The notes: generated by a model not told the origin, from the letters alone. Shown: positions 37,556 through 53,107, counted from the first letter of the stretch. The stretch is DNA of 64,000 nt from Octopus vulgaris (GCA_951406725.2 OX597830.1:21824001-21888000), one strand, 5' to 3'. Numbers and translations are program-made.

Positions 37556-37700
37556 TTAGTCGGGCGTTAGTGCTTCTTCCCGTGTTTTATGGGTGTTAGC
37601 TAATATACTTTTCATGTTGGGTGCACAACTAAAGGAGACCCTTAGGTTATGCCTGTTCAATAAATGTCCGTATCTGTGCGTCTGATAATGCCTGGAAGGT
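37556..37700 (-). pseudogene. Penelope-like (Neptune-type) RT thumb/linker fragment
   Basis: LLNRHNLRVSFSCAPNMKSILANTHK resembles the PLE motif FNRxxxKVSYSCMPNMxSIIxxHNK. An HHR lies just 3' on the same strand. Confidence 0.65.
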
Positions 37701-37889
37701 GCTTCTTTTCCTTCCACAAAATTGAATGGAGCTTTGGCCAAGGGGAACCGATGTCAACAGACGGTATTCACCCTGAACCGTGACACCCTCCCGTTGGTGG
37801 ATTAGAAGAGTAGGCCAAATCACTGACGCTTATCTCCTCCTGGCTTCCAAATTAACTCCTCTTTCTTTAATTTGTTTAGCCACTCCTAC

Positions 37890-38045
37890 AGGCATAGGAG
37901 TGGCTGTGTGGTAAGTAGCTTGCTTACGGGTTCAGTCCCACTGCGTGGCACCTTGGGCAAGTGTCTTCTACTATAGCCTCGAGCCGACCAAAGCCTTGTG
38001 AGTGGATTTGGTAGACGGAAACTGAAAGAATCCCGTCGTATATAT
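37890..38045 (+). mobile_element. Family A SINE head, fused to a family C 3' part (38090-38235)
   Basis: ggcataggagtggctgtgtggtaagtagc...gacggaaactgaaagaatcccgtcg. Confidence 0.8.
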
Positions 38046-38449
38046 GTGTATTTATATATGTGTATGTGTGTGCATATGTTCGTGTTGACCCCTGTTGTAC
38101 TCTTTCGCCACAACTTTTTCTCACACTCTCTTCCTGTTTCTTGACTGGCGTCCCGTCCAGCTGGGTGGGGGGACACACATACGCCACAGAAACCAGGAAA
38201 CCGGGCCCATGAGCCTGGCTAGGCTTGAAAAGGGCGAAAAAAATGTTTATTTTTATTTATTTATTATTATTTTGCTTTTATTTTTGCTGGTGCTAACATA
38301 ACGTGTGTATGTGTGTGTGTGTACTTTGTGGGTATGAGTGTTTGTGTGCGTGCGTGTACGTGTGCACCGGCTTATTTTAGTTTACTTTAATGTGATTGCA
38401 TCTTCATTCGTATATTACTGTAGTGGTCAATGGTGGCAGTAGGTATATT

Positions 38450-38860
38450 GTTACTCCATTCATTCTTTATTCTGACAGATTTCCTTGGAATCAGAATCTG
38501 ATTTCAGTACGTGTACAGTTTCTGTAACCTGCCGTAATGTCAGATATTTTGAATGCGTGGAAGAATTATTATTGCAGCATCATTTATTGATCCACTGTAT
38601 TTCTGAGTGGCATGTTGGTAGAGTATTGGTGTCTGCTTTTTTTCTTCATTTTATTCACACTAGTGTTATCCATGTGTTTCACCTATACTGTGGGCCGATT
38701 GTCTTATTATGTTGTAGTGGAAAACCATTCAGAGCCCGTGCTTGCACCTCACGAGGTATACTAAATTTCTAGTTTTGCATTTTGATTGTGATACTCAACA
38801 GTTATTGTGAGAACAGAAGATTTTCTTAAATGGGAATGACCTACATAATAGCGACTTGAT
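38450..38860 (-). pseudogene. Decayed PLE GIY-YIG endonuclease region
   Basis: Manual translation gives IKSLLCRSFPFKKIFCSHNNC*VSQSKCKTRNLVYLVRCKH, then IGET, LRQVTETVHV and an N.K.EW-like end across frameshifts. Confidence 0.65.
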
Positions 38861-38865
38861 GTATA

Positions 38866-39512
<647 letters not shown>

Positions 39513-39719
39513 TATGTTTTACTACTATTCTTTATTTTTATTTTTTACTTTTTACGGTCATTGGACAGCGGTAAACGAAAGATCGAACGAAGGTAGTACT
39601 CAATGCAATTGGAATTATATGCGCATAATATTAGGTTGATTCAACTCCACAAATATGGATCTGAGCCAACTTGTATTGAGCTTATCTAGGTTTACCGTAT
39701 AAAGCACAAATTTGTGGCC

Positions 39720-40130
39720 TGTGTAGTGTGGTAAGTAGCTTGCTTACCAACCACATGGTTCCGGGTTTAGTCCCACTGCGTGGCATCTTGGGCAAGTGTC
39801 TTCTGCTATAGCCCCGGGCCGACCAATGCCTTGTGAGTGGATTTGGGAGACGGAAACTGAAAGAAGCCTGTCGTATACATGTATATGTATATATATGTGT
39901 GTGTATGTGTTTGTGTGTCTGTGTTTGTCCCCCTAGCATTGCTTTACAACCGATGCTGGTGTGTTTACATCCCTGTTACTTAGCGGTTCGGCAAAAGAGA
40001 GACCGATAGAATAAGTACTGGGCTTACAAAGAATAAGTCCCGGGGTCGATTTGCTCGACTAAAGGCGGTGCTCCAGCATGGCCGCAGTCAAATGACTGAA
40101 ACAAGTAAAAGAGTAAAAGAGTAAAAGAGA
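39720..40130 (+). mobile_element. Family A SINE
   Basis: Near-consensus body and an (aaaagagt)n tail. Confidence 0.88.
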
Positions 40131-40464
40131 CCATTTTGAATTGTGGACACCTTGTGCTATCCCTATGTGCTGGCCAACAGAATACTCTATCTAAATATGA
40201 TCTAGATTATCCGATACTGTTTCCCATGTCCACATTAGTGCATTCAGATAATTCAGTCGGTACCTGACAGCCAGTTGGGAACGACTCAGCAGGCTTACGA
40301 GGTTTTGCACCCCTTCGCGTGTCAGCTTGCCTAACACTGCCCAAACATGCATCCAAGATAGCATTTCAATCACACACACTAGTTCTAAAGGACGGGACGT
40401 CCCCAGAAAACCATCCAGGTACCTGAAGAAACGTCACAGCTCCACTCCTGTCTAGGCGTAGACT

Positions 40465-40985
40465 ATAGACACAAGGAGAAGATTAGTCAATACCATTGAG
40501 ACCAGTACTTGACTGGTACTTCATTTTATCGACCCCGGAAAGATGAAAGGCAAAATTGACTTCGGCGGGACTTGAACTCAGTGCAAGAAGAAATTTTGGA
40601 GGAGGTTGGGGTAGAGGTAGTCGATTACATCGACCCCACTGCTCAACTGGTACTCATTTCATCCACCCTCAAAGGATGAAAGGCAAACTCAGCCTCGGTG
40701 AAATTTGTATTCAGAACTTAAAGACGGACGAAATGCTTCTAAACATTTGTCCGGCATGCTAATGATTTTGCCAGCTCGCCGCCTTTGTAATTATAATAAT
40801 ATATACAAGGCCTGAAATTTGAAGGAGAAGATTAGTCAATACCATTGAGACCAGTACTTGACTGGTACTTCATTTTATCGACCCCGGAAGGATGAAAGGC
40901 AAAATTGACTTCGGCGGGACTTGAACTCAGTGCAGAAAGAGCCAGAAGAAATACATTTATTACGACTTTCTAATGATTCCGCCAT
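40465..40985 (-). mobile_element. Family B SINE multimer with a recent ~110-bp duplication
   Basis: ggagaagattagtcaatacc...gaactcagtgca is nearly identical at ~40476 and ~40824. Confidence 0.75.
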
Positions 40986-42033
40986 GTTTTGCACCGCTGT
41001 GGCTAGTATTTTCTAATTTAAAAATAATTATTTCTAATCTGAAAATAATAGGCAATACATTCGAAGTCCTAAATCAGAAGACATTTATGCTCCTCAATAA
41101 ATAACAATAAATGCGTGGCGGCGAATAAAAAACATACAATGTTGATTAAACGCTCTCTTCAGTCAATCACTTTCCTCTCCTCCGTATTCCTGGTTCTACT
41201 GAAGACGAGTTGGCTATTTTTTTTTTTTTTTTGAGGGCTTTCTGTTTTGTTTTGTTTTGTTTTGCTTTTTGAGAAATATTGGATCTCTATAACAGAAGCA
41301 GAGCAGCGCTATTTGTTCATTCAGTTACTTTAACTGAACATTGTCGTTTTCTTGCGTTCACTAATGAAAACAGAAAAGGAAAAGGAAAAGGAAAAACAAG
41401 TGATCAAGCAACAGCTATTTAAGCTGTTATATGTCAACAGTATGATTTATGATCACACTTACCTACATAACAGTTGCAAACATCATTATTTTTACATAAA
41501 TATATGCAATTCTTTTTTCCTGAACGTCTGTATATCTGTCTGACATTGAACATATATGGTTGTCAACATGAATGCTTCTATATATACGTGTGTGTGTGTG
41601 TGTATAAGTGGTTATCTGTGAATGTGTGTGTGTGTGTGTTTTATATGTGCGTGTTTGTATTTGTGTGTGTGTGTGTGTGTGTGTGTGTGATTGCGTGCAT
41701 GGTGTATGTATGCATGGGTGTATGTAGTGTGTGTTTATGTATGTATGTATGTATGTATGTATGTATGCATATATATATGCGTGGGTTATGTAGTGTGTGT
41801 TTGTGTATGTATGTGTATGTATGTTTACATATATATATATATATACGCACATATATGTATATATCCACATATATGTATACATGCGTATATAACTACATAC
41901 ATACATACATACATACACACACACATACATACATTACTACATACATACATACCTACATACATACATGCCTACATACCTAGCTACATACATACATACATAC
42001 ATACATACATACATAGAAACATACATATATACA

Positions 42034-42067
<34 letters not shown>

Positions 42068-42105
42068 CTTACATACATACATACATAGAAACATACATAC
42101 ATACA

Positions 42106-42139
<34 letters not shown>

Positions 42140-42213
42140 CTTACATACATACATACATGCATGCATACATACATACATACATACATACATACATACATAG
42201 AAACATACATATA

Positions 42214-42247
<34 letters not shown>

Positions 42248-42300
42248 CTTACATACATACATACATACATAGAAACATACATACATACATACATATATAC

Positions 42301-42363
<63 letters not shown>

Positions 42364-42874
42364 CATATATACATACAAATATATACTGTAAATAGACATG
42401 CGTAAGTACATGTGCGTATAGTCATGAATACATGCCAAAGCATCTTCGATGATGAATTGTGTTGCGTTCATTTTTGTTGCTGTGGTTATTATATTTTGGT
42501 GAGGTGGGGGAGTTAGCTGTCATTAATGTCATTTTTTTGTTGTTGTTGTTTTCATTATCGTTGGTGGTGGTCGTGGTGGTCGTGCTGCTAATGTTGTTGT
42601 TAATGTTTTATCTATAATGAATGGACAATATGTCGACAGCATGTTGGGAGAGACGCTATGGAGTCTCCGTTACTATGTTTGTCTACAGATCACATGACAT
42701 ACATACACACGTTACAGATACACACACACACACATGCATATATATATGTACGTATGTACACACATACACACACACACGAATAAGTGTGAATGTGAATGCG
42801 TACATATGTGTGCGATCTTGGAGATCTCTCCCTCCCTCTCTCTCTCTCTCTCTCAGTGTCTGTATATGTGTGTG

Positions 42875-42933
<59 letters not shown>

Positions 42934-43141
42934 TGTGTGTGTGTGTGTGTGTATGCACCTGTAAAATCTTACATATATGTGTATGTATGAATGTATGTAT
43001 GTATGCTTAGTCTATGTGTTCGTTTGCCGCTTGCGTTTCCTTTTATCACTACTCAATGTCGGGGACGAAGTACTTTATAATATCCAAGGCATAAATAGAC
43101 AGACAGACAGGCAGAAGGACTGATGTATAGATAGATAGATC

Positions 43142-43219
<78 letters not shown>

Positions 43220-43342
43220 CAGACAGACATGCATACATGTGTGTGTGCTTGCGCGCGCGTACGTCTGTGTGTGTTTGCATGTGTCCATGTGTGTGCAAAT
43301 ATGCCCCAGTTTATTGGGTCTACTTCTGAATATACTTACTTA

Positions 43343-44617
43343 TATCAGGCTGAGTAAAAAGTAAGCAACGTTTTGAAACATGAAATTCATCACAATATAT
43401 TTCAACAATGCGGAAATTTTATTCATCAAACTAAGTACATTTTTGCCAACGAGTTACAAGTTTGTTTATTCCAGTAACATAAAAATGTGGAGTTCTGGAG
43501 CTGATGAACTCTTTGAACGCACTTTCAGCATCGGTTTGATTGATCAACTCCTTCTCTCGCAGGAAACCATCAAGGTGCTTGAAAAAGTGGTAGTCGGTTG
43601 GAGAAAGGTTTGGGGGAATAAGCTGGGTGAGAAGAACTTCGTACCCAAGTTCCCTTAATTTCCGGAAGATCATTAGTGAAATGTGTGGTCGAGCATTGTC
43701 ATGAAGAATGACTGGCCCTCTTCTGATGACCAGTCTGGGACGGAGGAGTAGCAGTTTTTCGTTCATTCTGGCAATTTCATGGCAATATGTTTCTGCAGTA
43801 ATGGTTTTTCCGGGTTTTAAGAAGTTATAGTGGATGAGTCCAGCAGTACACCACCAAACAGTCACCATAACCTTCTTCTTGAAGAACTCAGGTTTAGGGA
43901 AGGGTTTCGAGACTTCTTTTTGGTCCAACCATTGCGAAGGATGTTTTTGGTTATTGTACAGGATCCACTTTTCATCGTAAGTTATAATACGGGCGAGAAA
44001 TGGTTCGGTCTGGTTAGGGAGAAGAAGCGACGAGCAAATTCCATATCTGCGCATTTTCTGATTTTTCATTCAAATCGTATGGTAGCCATTTGTCGAGCTT
44101 TTTTTGATTTTCCGATCGCATGCAAATTGTTGCAGGCAGTGTCTGGCTATCTTGAAGTTCTTTTGCCAGTTCTCGAGTGGTTTTACGTGGATCTTTCTCA
44201 ATGTCGGTTTTTAACTGACCGCCATCGATGACAGATGGGCGTCCACTACGCTCACGATCTTCAAGTCTCAAGTCTCCACTGCGAAATCGTTTCAACCGTT
44301 TTCGAGCTGACCACTCACTGGTCATTTCTTTAGCAAACTTTTTGTTGTTATCGCGAACAATTTCAGCTGCTTTACGTCCTTTTTTGAAGTTGAATAGCAA
44401 AATTGCTCGAATATCGCGCTTTGTCAGTTCCATTTCAGATGATTGTAACAACGGTGAAAAAGATATCAATGTTAATTTATTAAAGCATTTGGGCAAGTCT
44501 ATGTTTGTATTATCAGACAATTTTTTTTTAAATGTTTAAAGAATTTAAAACTATGCAAAAATCCGGTACAAATTCTTCATGGTTCAAAACGTTGCTTCCT
44601 TTTTACTCAACCCGATT
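43343..44617 (-). mobile_element. Full-length mariner (DD34D) transposon with frameshifted transposase
   Basis: TIRs tatcaggctgagtaaaaagtaagcaacgttttgaa / ttcaaaacgttgcttcctttttactcaacccgat with a left TA. HTH ORF 44014-44520 (FRSGDLRLEDRERSGRP) and catalytic ORF 43431-44069 (DEKW, HDNARPH, LSPTDYHFF). Confidence 0.95.
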
Positions 44618-45479
44618 CATGAGTGTTCTTCCATGTTCACATTGCGTGAACGTGAGTGTTCGGACTTGTAATACCTTATCTAACGCATACACACAGTCAT
44701 ACATACTTGTACATACATACTTACACTCACATATACATACATAAGAGTACACATGCAGACGGAGGTGGGGCCAGATCTATCAATTGTTTATTTGCTTCCA
44801 TTACTAATTGCGTATTTTTGTGAAATATATCTGCCAACTGTATAAAGTAAGTCCTGGCCACCAGAAACAGTTGTCGGGCTTATAACAACATACCTTCTCC
44901 CCTTTAATTTTCTGTCTTTGTATCCTGTGAAAGTTTGATCTGTTAATATATAAATGTTTATATATTTATACTTGAAAAATCTTCGTCTGAAAATATTCAG
45001 TTTTTGCTTTCTCTCTATTTACATGTATACATGTATGTATATTTTGTATATCAAACCCAAACAGTTTCATTCGTTTATCTGCATCATAACCTTTCTCTCT
45101 TCCTCTCTCTCTTTCTCTCTTTATGTGAGTGTCTGGGTGTGTGTGTGTGTATGTGTGTCTGTTTATGCATGTATACGCATTTATCTGCATATGTACTCGT
45201 ATGTGTGCATACAAAGGTGTTTGGTATATGTATGTAAAAGTATGTATAAATCTGTGTATATGTGTGCGTGTGTGTGTGTATGTGTATTTGTATGTCTCTG
45301 TATGTATTTATATGTATATATATATATTCGAGTTATATGTCCGTCTGCTTTGTGTGTATATTATCCGTCAACATCCCTTTCGATTCTCTCCCCTCTTCCT
45401 TTATCAACACACACACACACACACATACACACGCACACAAGTTGCTATCTGTATAATGTCTCCTCACTCTAACACCCCA

Positions 45480-45840
45480 CCCAACCGGTGGGACAAGAAC
45501 GCAAAACATCCAGACAGGTGATACAAAAAAGGGACAACAAAACATCCAGATAGACGATACAAAGAAAACAAGGACGGGTCATTCGGAGTTTTCTTTCCTC
45601 GGTCGAGTTCCAGATTATCTTTGCAATTTCGGCTGGTTATACTCGAGATTGCTCCAATCTGGCCAGCCCCAAGTAAAAACTAAGCTAAGAGCATTAGATT
45701 CCTTGGAAGAAAGCAGCGAATGTATACAAAAACAAGGACGGAAAAACGGACAATGTTACACAAATACAATAAAAATAATAACTGGACATAACAACAGGTG
45801 TCTTTTGACTAAGGATGAGTTAAATTAAACTGGTGTGTCT
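45480..45840 (-). mobile_element. Unclassified interspersed repeat (second copy at 54372-54530, +)
   Basis: Shared core gaaa(t/c)tgc...atctggaactcgac(c/t)ga(g/a)ga(a/t)agaaaactc(c/g)gaatgacccgtccttg...ggatgttttg. Confidence 0.6.
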
Positions 45841-45949
45841 AGAGAGAGGTGGAGGGGGGACGGACAGACAGACAAACAGACAGACAGACAATCAGACAGA
45901 CAGGCAGGCAGGCAGGCAGGCATGCAGACAGACAGACAGGCAGACAGGC

Positions 45950-46149
<200 letters not shown>

Positions 46150-47445
46150 TTAGCCACGCAGGGTCGAACACAGAGGGGACAATACAATGTAGAAATTTTC
46201 TTTTCGAAACCGATCAATAGGGATCGAAAGACGTTTTGGGGAGGGTACACAAGTAGATAACAAGGTGTCGTTTTTAATCATTTAAATTCCCAAAAGGGGG
46301 AGAAAATATAACACTGACTAGAGTTATCTGTGGAAAGAAAAACATATGAAAAAATATCACGGTAACTTTGGAAAAAGGGAAGATAATATGAGAGCAAAAT
46401 GCCCTCTCTCTTTTTGTTTTATAGGTTTATGTTCAAAGTATTTCCGTCATTCATGCGTACCATCTTTGCTACATTCACCTTTTATTAAACCTTTCATTAG
46501 ACAAAACTTCCCTCTCTACTCTTACCTTCCTTTTCAAGTGATACTTGAAAAGATTGATGAGATGCTGGCCAGAGAGGAAAGTATTTGTCTCTAAACCTTT
46601 CAAACGAGTCCACCATACACATTCTTTCACAATAGCCACCAATACGATGAAAACTGCCTTGCCTTCCCAGTTAAAGGAAGGTGGCGAGGCAATATTTACG
46701 ATAGACTCGGCTGACAACCGGACTCGTCCCACACGTGACAGCAGCCGTTCGACATAGGCCTACAGGTCTGAAATATTTGTGCGAGTGCGTACAGAATGGT
46801 TTCGTCTTTCTGACTGCATCTCGGGCAGGTCGGTCCGGTGTTTCTTAAACCGCGTCTGTAGACCTTATCTCGAACGGGCAATGCTTCCCGATAGCACTGC
46901 CAGGCTAGGGATCTCTGGAAATTGTCTATAGGTCGTAGCCCGAAAGTGGTCCTGAAGAGGCTGGTCAGGTATTCCCCGTCGACACCCAGAGTGTCCCCAA
47001 GAACGTCGTCGTACCTCCCCTCCACTAATCCTCTATAGAATGCTTTTGTGGAATTGAAATCGCAAAAGTTTGAACCCGGATGGCACAGCTGCTCGAGAGC
47101 ATAGCGATACTCGCATTGCCATTCGCCCAGCCTCGGTCTCTAGTTGATCCATGATTGCAGTTCGGTCAATGAGACGAGCTGCAGGAAAGCGCGTCTTACA
47201 AACGGTGACCACACCTGTTCACCGTCGTCTATGAAGCGCTGGAGATGTCGCAGTCTCATCGCATGTCTGCCCATCACCAACCAGAGCATACCCAGCCTCC
47301 ATTTAGCGGATTTTGACAACAACTGGATTGCCTAACTATCGGAACGCTTCCCTCCCGCAAAAAGCAGAAGAGTATGCATTCTAGTCTCGTGATGGTAGGG
47401 TCGGGACAAGGCACAACGATCAGACGGTAGTAGATGACGGATATG
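46150..47445 (-). pseudogene. 3' part of a Tx1/L1-clade LINE (zf-RVT domain), flanked by (TAGA)n on both sides
   Basis: SLAWQCYREALPVRDKVYRRG..CPRCSQKDETILYAL (CCHC-like zf-RVT), with an upstream GLG-like motif region and a T-rich 3' UTR. Confidence 0.75.
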
Positions 47446-47447
47446 AT

Positions 47448-47531
<84 letters not shown>

Positions 47532-47656
47532 TATGAATTTTTGTCAGGATGGCTGAAGCTCTATGTGTGTGTGTGTATATGTATGTATATATATATATGT
47601 ATTATGTATATGTATGTGTATATATATCTATATATATGTATGTATGTATGTATATT

Positions 47657-47707
<51 letters not shown>

Positions 47708-47771
47708 TATAAATTTACAGAATGAGATAAAAATGCAAGGCTGTGAAAGATTTCAGAACATTTATAAATCG

Positions 47772-47819
47772 GTCTTACAGCTGTTTCCGGGATATTTCAT
47801 ATATCCCTTCGTCGGAGAC
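47772..47819 (-). ncRNA. Type I hammerhead ribozyme, CCGACGA variant, in a PLE 3' end (47710 to ~48500)
   Basis: gtct-CCGACGA-a-gggatat atgaa atatccc-g-GAAA-ca gc tg-TA-agac. Perfect stems, palindromic ACAGCTGT and a GUA site, abutting (TA)n. Confidence 0.8.
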
Positions 47820-49515
47820 GGTGTGAGAAGATGGTTAAGCAATAGTTATTCTAGATAATATATGAAATAGAGAGTGGGGTGGACGAATGAAAATAGACGA
47901 TATACAAGGATATTGTATCTGTGCATATATGCAGTATATACTGCCATTATGAATAGTAGAGAATTGGTACATTACATCGTAATACCTGCCTCTAAGACTT
48001 GCAAGCTTGTTGTAAATTGCTTGGTTGTCAATAAATCCCATAAAGACTGACCCCTAAGTACTACACATCCTTAAATGCCAAAAGGGAGAAAAAACGGTTT
48101 GCACATCAACGTATGTGTAACCGGTCTGTATACATTTACCAGTTTAGAGAACTTCAATATTCTTTCTTCTCTTCTCACTATACATGATGGGGATCCGAGC
48201 AGACACTGTGTGAATGGCTCTGCATTTCTTCTTTAGGTATGTTTGAAATGCTTTACCTGTTTTGCTCTAGCAATTTAATAATCACAATGAGTTGCAATTA
48301 AAGGATTTGTGAGTTTTTCACTCTTTTGCTTCGTTCTTGCGCGCCTTCTTGGCTCTTGATATAAACAGAAAAATCCCTTTATATTTAATCCAATGGGAAA
48401 AGGATAATTTTTCCTTACTTTGTGTAGAGATTGTGTTTGAGTCCTTTTCCAGTAGTTCTTGTTTCTATGTCTTATTTTTTGTGCTTTTTTTGTCTGTAAT
48501 TCGTCTGGTTTAGTTTCTTTGTTTCTTCTTCGTGTTTAATGCTTGAGATTAGGTCAAGAATGTATCTTCTGTTCATTATCATACCTACTTTGTGCGGCGT
48601 GTATGTATACATCCGAGTATTTATGTTAATGTGCATCTGTAAGAATAGAATTATGATCATATCATTTATACAACTCGCTATGTGGTTGTGCCCCTGCGCA
48701 CTTATGCATGCGAGTTTGCATGTAGACATGTTACTACACGTTAATCAGTGTGTATATATATGCATGCATACATATATGCATGTATATGTATATATATATA
48801 TGTGTGTGTATATTTAACTCTTTAATTCTTTCACTTGTTTCAACTTTAAAGCTACAGTCATGCACAGAGAGACACACACACATACACATACACACACACA
48901 CACACAAATACATATTTTCAATCACATACGTATATATTCATATAAATACACTCATGTATGTATGCCTGTATGCATGGAGGGATGGATGAGTGGATGTATA
49001 TCGATATAAATATGTATGTGTATATACACATATGTATGTGTATAAACACCTATGCAAAAACACTCAGTAATAAAACAGACGTGCTCCAGAAGATACGCCA
49101 TAATTAGCCTCAGAGAGTTATTTTTCAGCAAAGCGCTCAGCAACTGGTCATATAAATTATAAATTATGAATTATATGAAGCTGTCACATAATATATATAT
49201 ATCTATACAGTGAAGGAAAATTTGAAAAGTCACTTTATGATACACGATATAAATGAAATATGGATGATTTTAACTCATAACAAGTTTTCAATTACAAAAG
49301 GCTCTGTTTCGAGAACATTACCGCTCATCAGACGGTGTAGAAAAGATGGAATCTCTCCCTGACAAGTGGTTTACGGCTACCAGCCACGTAGGATGTGATA
49401 CAGCATCCTTCACTGACGAATGTAGAATAACAAAGCAAATTTTCATACAAAGAATATATATGTATATGTACAAGATATACGTGCGTGGGTATGTATGTAT
49501 ACGTATATATGTATA

Positions 49516-49560
<45 letters not shown>

Positions 49561-49633
49561 TCATATACATCTACCTATGTCCATATATATATATATATAT
49601 ATATTATCATATACATCTACCTATGTCCATATG

Positions 49634-49688
<55 letters not shown>

Positions 49689-49978
49689 TATGCGCGCGTA
49701 CACAGACGCACAATCACACAAATACAAACAGACTTTCTCCCCACATTTTATCTATATGTAGTATCCTTTAAGCTATCAGATATTTTTAATCTTCATTTGT
49801 TTGTATAAAGAGAATTTTCATAGCATTTTCTTATTTGGCTTGTCAGAAGAATGGCCAGTTTATGGCGAAACAGAAGAACTTCAATATATTTGGTTATTAA
49901 CATTGAGCTCTTTGGTTCTTTTTTAATTGTTGATTCCTCCAATTGTACCATCTGTTTTACCTATATGCATATATACAT

Positions 49979-50243
<265 letters not shown>

Positions 50244-50340
50244 GTATATATATATATATATGTCCATATATATAATATATTTTATATATATATATAAGTA
50301 TATATATATATGTATTATATATATATATAGAATATATATT

Positions 50341-50450
<110 letters not shown>

Positions 50451-50758
50451 TATATGTATATATATATACATATGCATATATAGCCGCAAACATGCAAACA
50501 CACACACACGTTCTCAGCATGCACATACACACAAGCACGTACCCGTATACACCTGTGCGCACGCGCGCACACATCCACACACACACACACACCGTTCAGA
50601 TTATATCACCAACAATCCGGATAGAGTTTTTATTCGAACTTTCAAGCGATTTGTCGATCGACTAAGCTGGAATGTCTTTTGTCTCCTCCCCCCCACTCCC
50701 CTCTCTCTCTTCTTTCTCTCTCTTTCCCTCCTTCTCTCTCTCTCTCTTTCTCTCTCCT

Positions 50759-50789
<31 letters not shown>

Positions 50790-51430
50790 ACCTAGCTGTC
50801 TCTGTCGCTCTCTCGCTTGTTCTTTCTTTTCGCTGTTTATTTACTGTCTATGTATCTGTCTATCTCTCTACACACCTACGCTATTTCTCCCTCTCTTTCT
50901 CTCTCTCTCTCTCCCTTCCTCAATCTCTTTCTCACTTTCTGTCTTCTCTCCATGTTAAACGGCAGTGCTCTCTTTATTTAGTTCTCTCTTACATACATTC
51001 ATACACACACACATGCACACACAAGCACGCGTATGTATGTATGTATGTATGTATGTATGTGTCTGATGATCGGTTACTTGAAAATCTTAGTTATAGTTTG
51101 TAATATTTTTCAGCTTCAGTAAAACACTATATTTTACTCTACCTTTGGTAATCGAGTACTATTTTTCTCCACCTTGTTTTGCAGCTATGTGCTTGTACGT
51201 GTTCATATACGCGTGCGCACGCACACACAAGCTCCAATGTGTGTGTGTGCATATGTGTGTGTGCGCGTTCGAATGGGTTGTACAATGGAGACACAAAGTA
51301 GCTAACACATAAAGTCTATGTGTTCGTTTGCCGCTTGCGTTTCCTTTTATCACTACTCAATGTCGGGGACGAAGTACTTTATAATATCCAAGGCATAAAT
51401 AGACAGACAGACAGGCAGAAGGACTGATGT

Positions 51431-51514
<84 letters not shown>

Positions 51515-51603
51515 GATAGGTAGGTAGGTAGGTAGGTAGGTAGGTAGGTAGGTAGGTAGGTAGGTAGGTAGGTAGGTAGGTAGGTAGGTGGATGGATGGA
51601 TGA

Positions 51604-51634
<31 letters not shown>

Positions 51635-51926
51635 TATAGATGGATGAATGGATGGATGGACAGACAGACAGACAGGTAGAAAAAGAGTGAGATGCATACA
51701 TGCATATATACATATATCGAAATCCCAAGATGCTACCGCAAATGTCGATTATTTCCCTCTTCTGTGGAGAACATAACACATGTAATCAGTGGCCCAAAAA
51801 TGTCATCGAGGCATAAACCTCCCGCTGCGACATGATGTTGTTGTTGAAACAGTAAACAATTCCATCGCAGAAAAGGCTGCCTTCGGATAAATATAAACAG
51901 CAGCTCTACTATAGAATATATACATA

Positions 51927-52335
51927 GGCGTAGGAGTGGCTGTGTGGTAAGTAGCTTGCTTACGAACCACATGGTTCCGGGTTCAGTCCCACTGCGTGGC
52001 ACCTTGGGCAAGTGTCTTCTACTGTAGCCTCAGGCCGACCAAAGCCTTGTGAGTGGATTTGGTAGACGGAAACTGAAAGCCCGTCGTATATATGTATATA
52101 ATATATATGTATGTGTGTGTTTGTGTGTCTGTGTTTGTCCTCCCAACATCGCTTGACAGCTGATGCTGGTGTGTTTACGTAACTTGGCGGTTCGGCAAAA
52201 AAAAGACCGATAGAATAAGTACTAGGCTTACAAAGAATAAGTCCTGGGGTCGATTTCCTCGACTAAAGGCGGTGCTCCAGCATGGCCACAGTCAAATGAC
52301 TGAAACAAATAAAAGAATAAAAGAAATGAAAGAAT
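51927..52335 (+). mobile_element. Family A SINE, full length
   Basis: ggcgtaggagtggctgtgtggtaag through to the aaaagaataaaagaa tail. Confidence 0.9.
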
Positions 52336-52353
52336 ATATATCAACTCTAGAAA

Positions 52354-52445
52354 TATTAGCGAAACATTCCATCAAAACTTCTACAAAGTGTATATATAAC
52401 AGACCTGATATAATTGCTTGGAACAGAAAAGACAAATCCACACAA
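52354..52445 (+). pseudogene. Restriction-like endonuclease fragment of an RLE LINE (R4/Dong-like)
   Basis: SIKTSTKCIYNRPDIIAWNRKDK matches the NRPDIxxxD/K motif. The fragment is short. Confidence 0.5.
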
Positions 52446-52988
52446 GAATGTCCATGAAAACATATGTTCGTAATGGAGAAATTTAATTTCTTGCAGGGTA
52501 GTAATGTTTTCTGATATATACAAATATATTTTTAAGCCAAAACAATGTAAATTATAAACAATAACACAAGTCAATGCTCAGTAGAAGTCAGCTAACAACA
52601 CCTTTTCTCCAAAGATTTCTTGAAGAAAGGGTCCTAATAAGTACAAACCATCAACCTGTTTTATTGTGAATTTTTCATAACTTACATTGTTTTTGGCTTA
52701 AAAATTAATTAAAAACATTTAATTTTCTGTAATCTTGTAGACGTGCACATGTCTTTGAAAATCAGTAAGAAGGTGAATATTATGGACAACTTTTTCGAAA
52801 CCTGCAGTTCCCCTACCCTGATTACAAATTCACATTTATACCAAGAACCATTGGTGTATGTGGTTATGTTACTAAATGTCTAAGCGACAATCTGAAGAAG
52901 CTTGGATTTTCAAGCAAAGAAAGAATCCGGCTAACATTAACTTTACATATACGATCTGTGAGCGGAACAGTAAAAATATTCAATATAT

Positions 52989-53107
52989 GCGCAGGAGTGG
53001 CATAGGCGCAGGAGTGGCATAGGCGCAGGAGTGGCATAGGCGCAGGAGTGGCATAGGCGCAGGAGTGGCATAGGCGCAGGAGTGGCATAGGCGCAGGAGT
53101 GACATAG
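52989..53107 (+). repeat. 17-bp tandem repeat (gcgcaggagtggcatag)x7 derived from a SINE 5' end
   Basis: Units start at 52989, 53006 ... 53091, and the eighth continues into the SINE. Confidence 0.95.

Noticed and set aside
45570-45680. Possible HHR in the unclassified repeat
   Set aside because: There is a stem plus GAAA, but no correctly placed CUGANGA in either copy.
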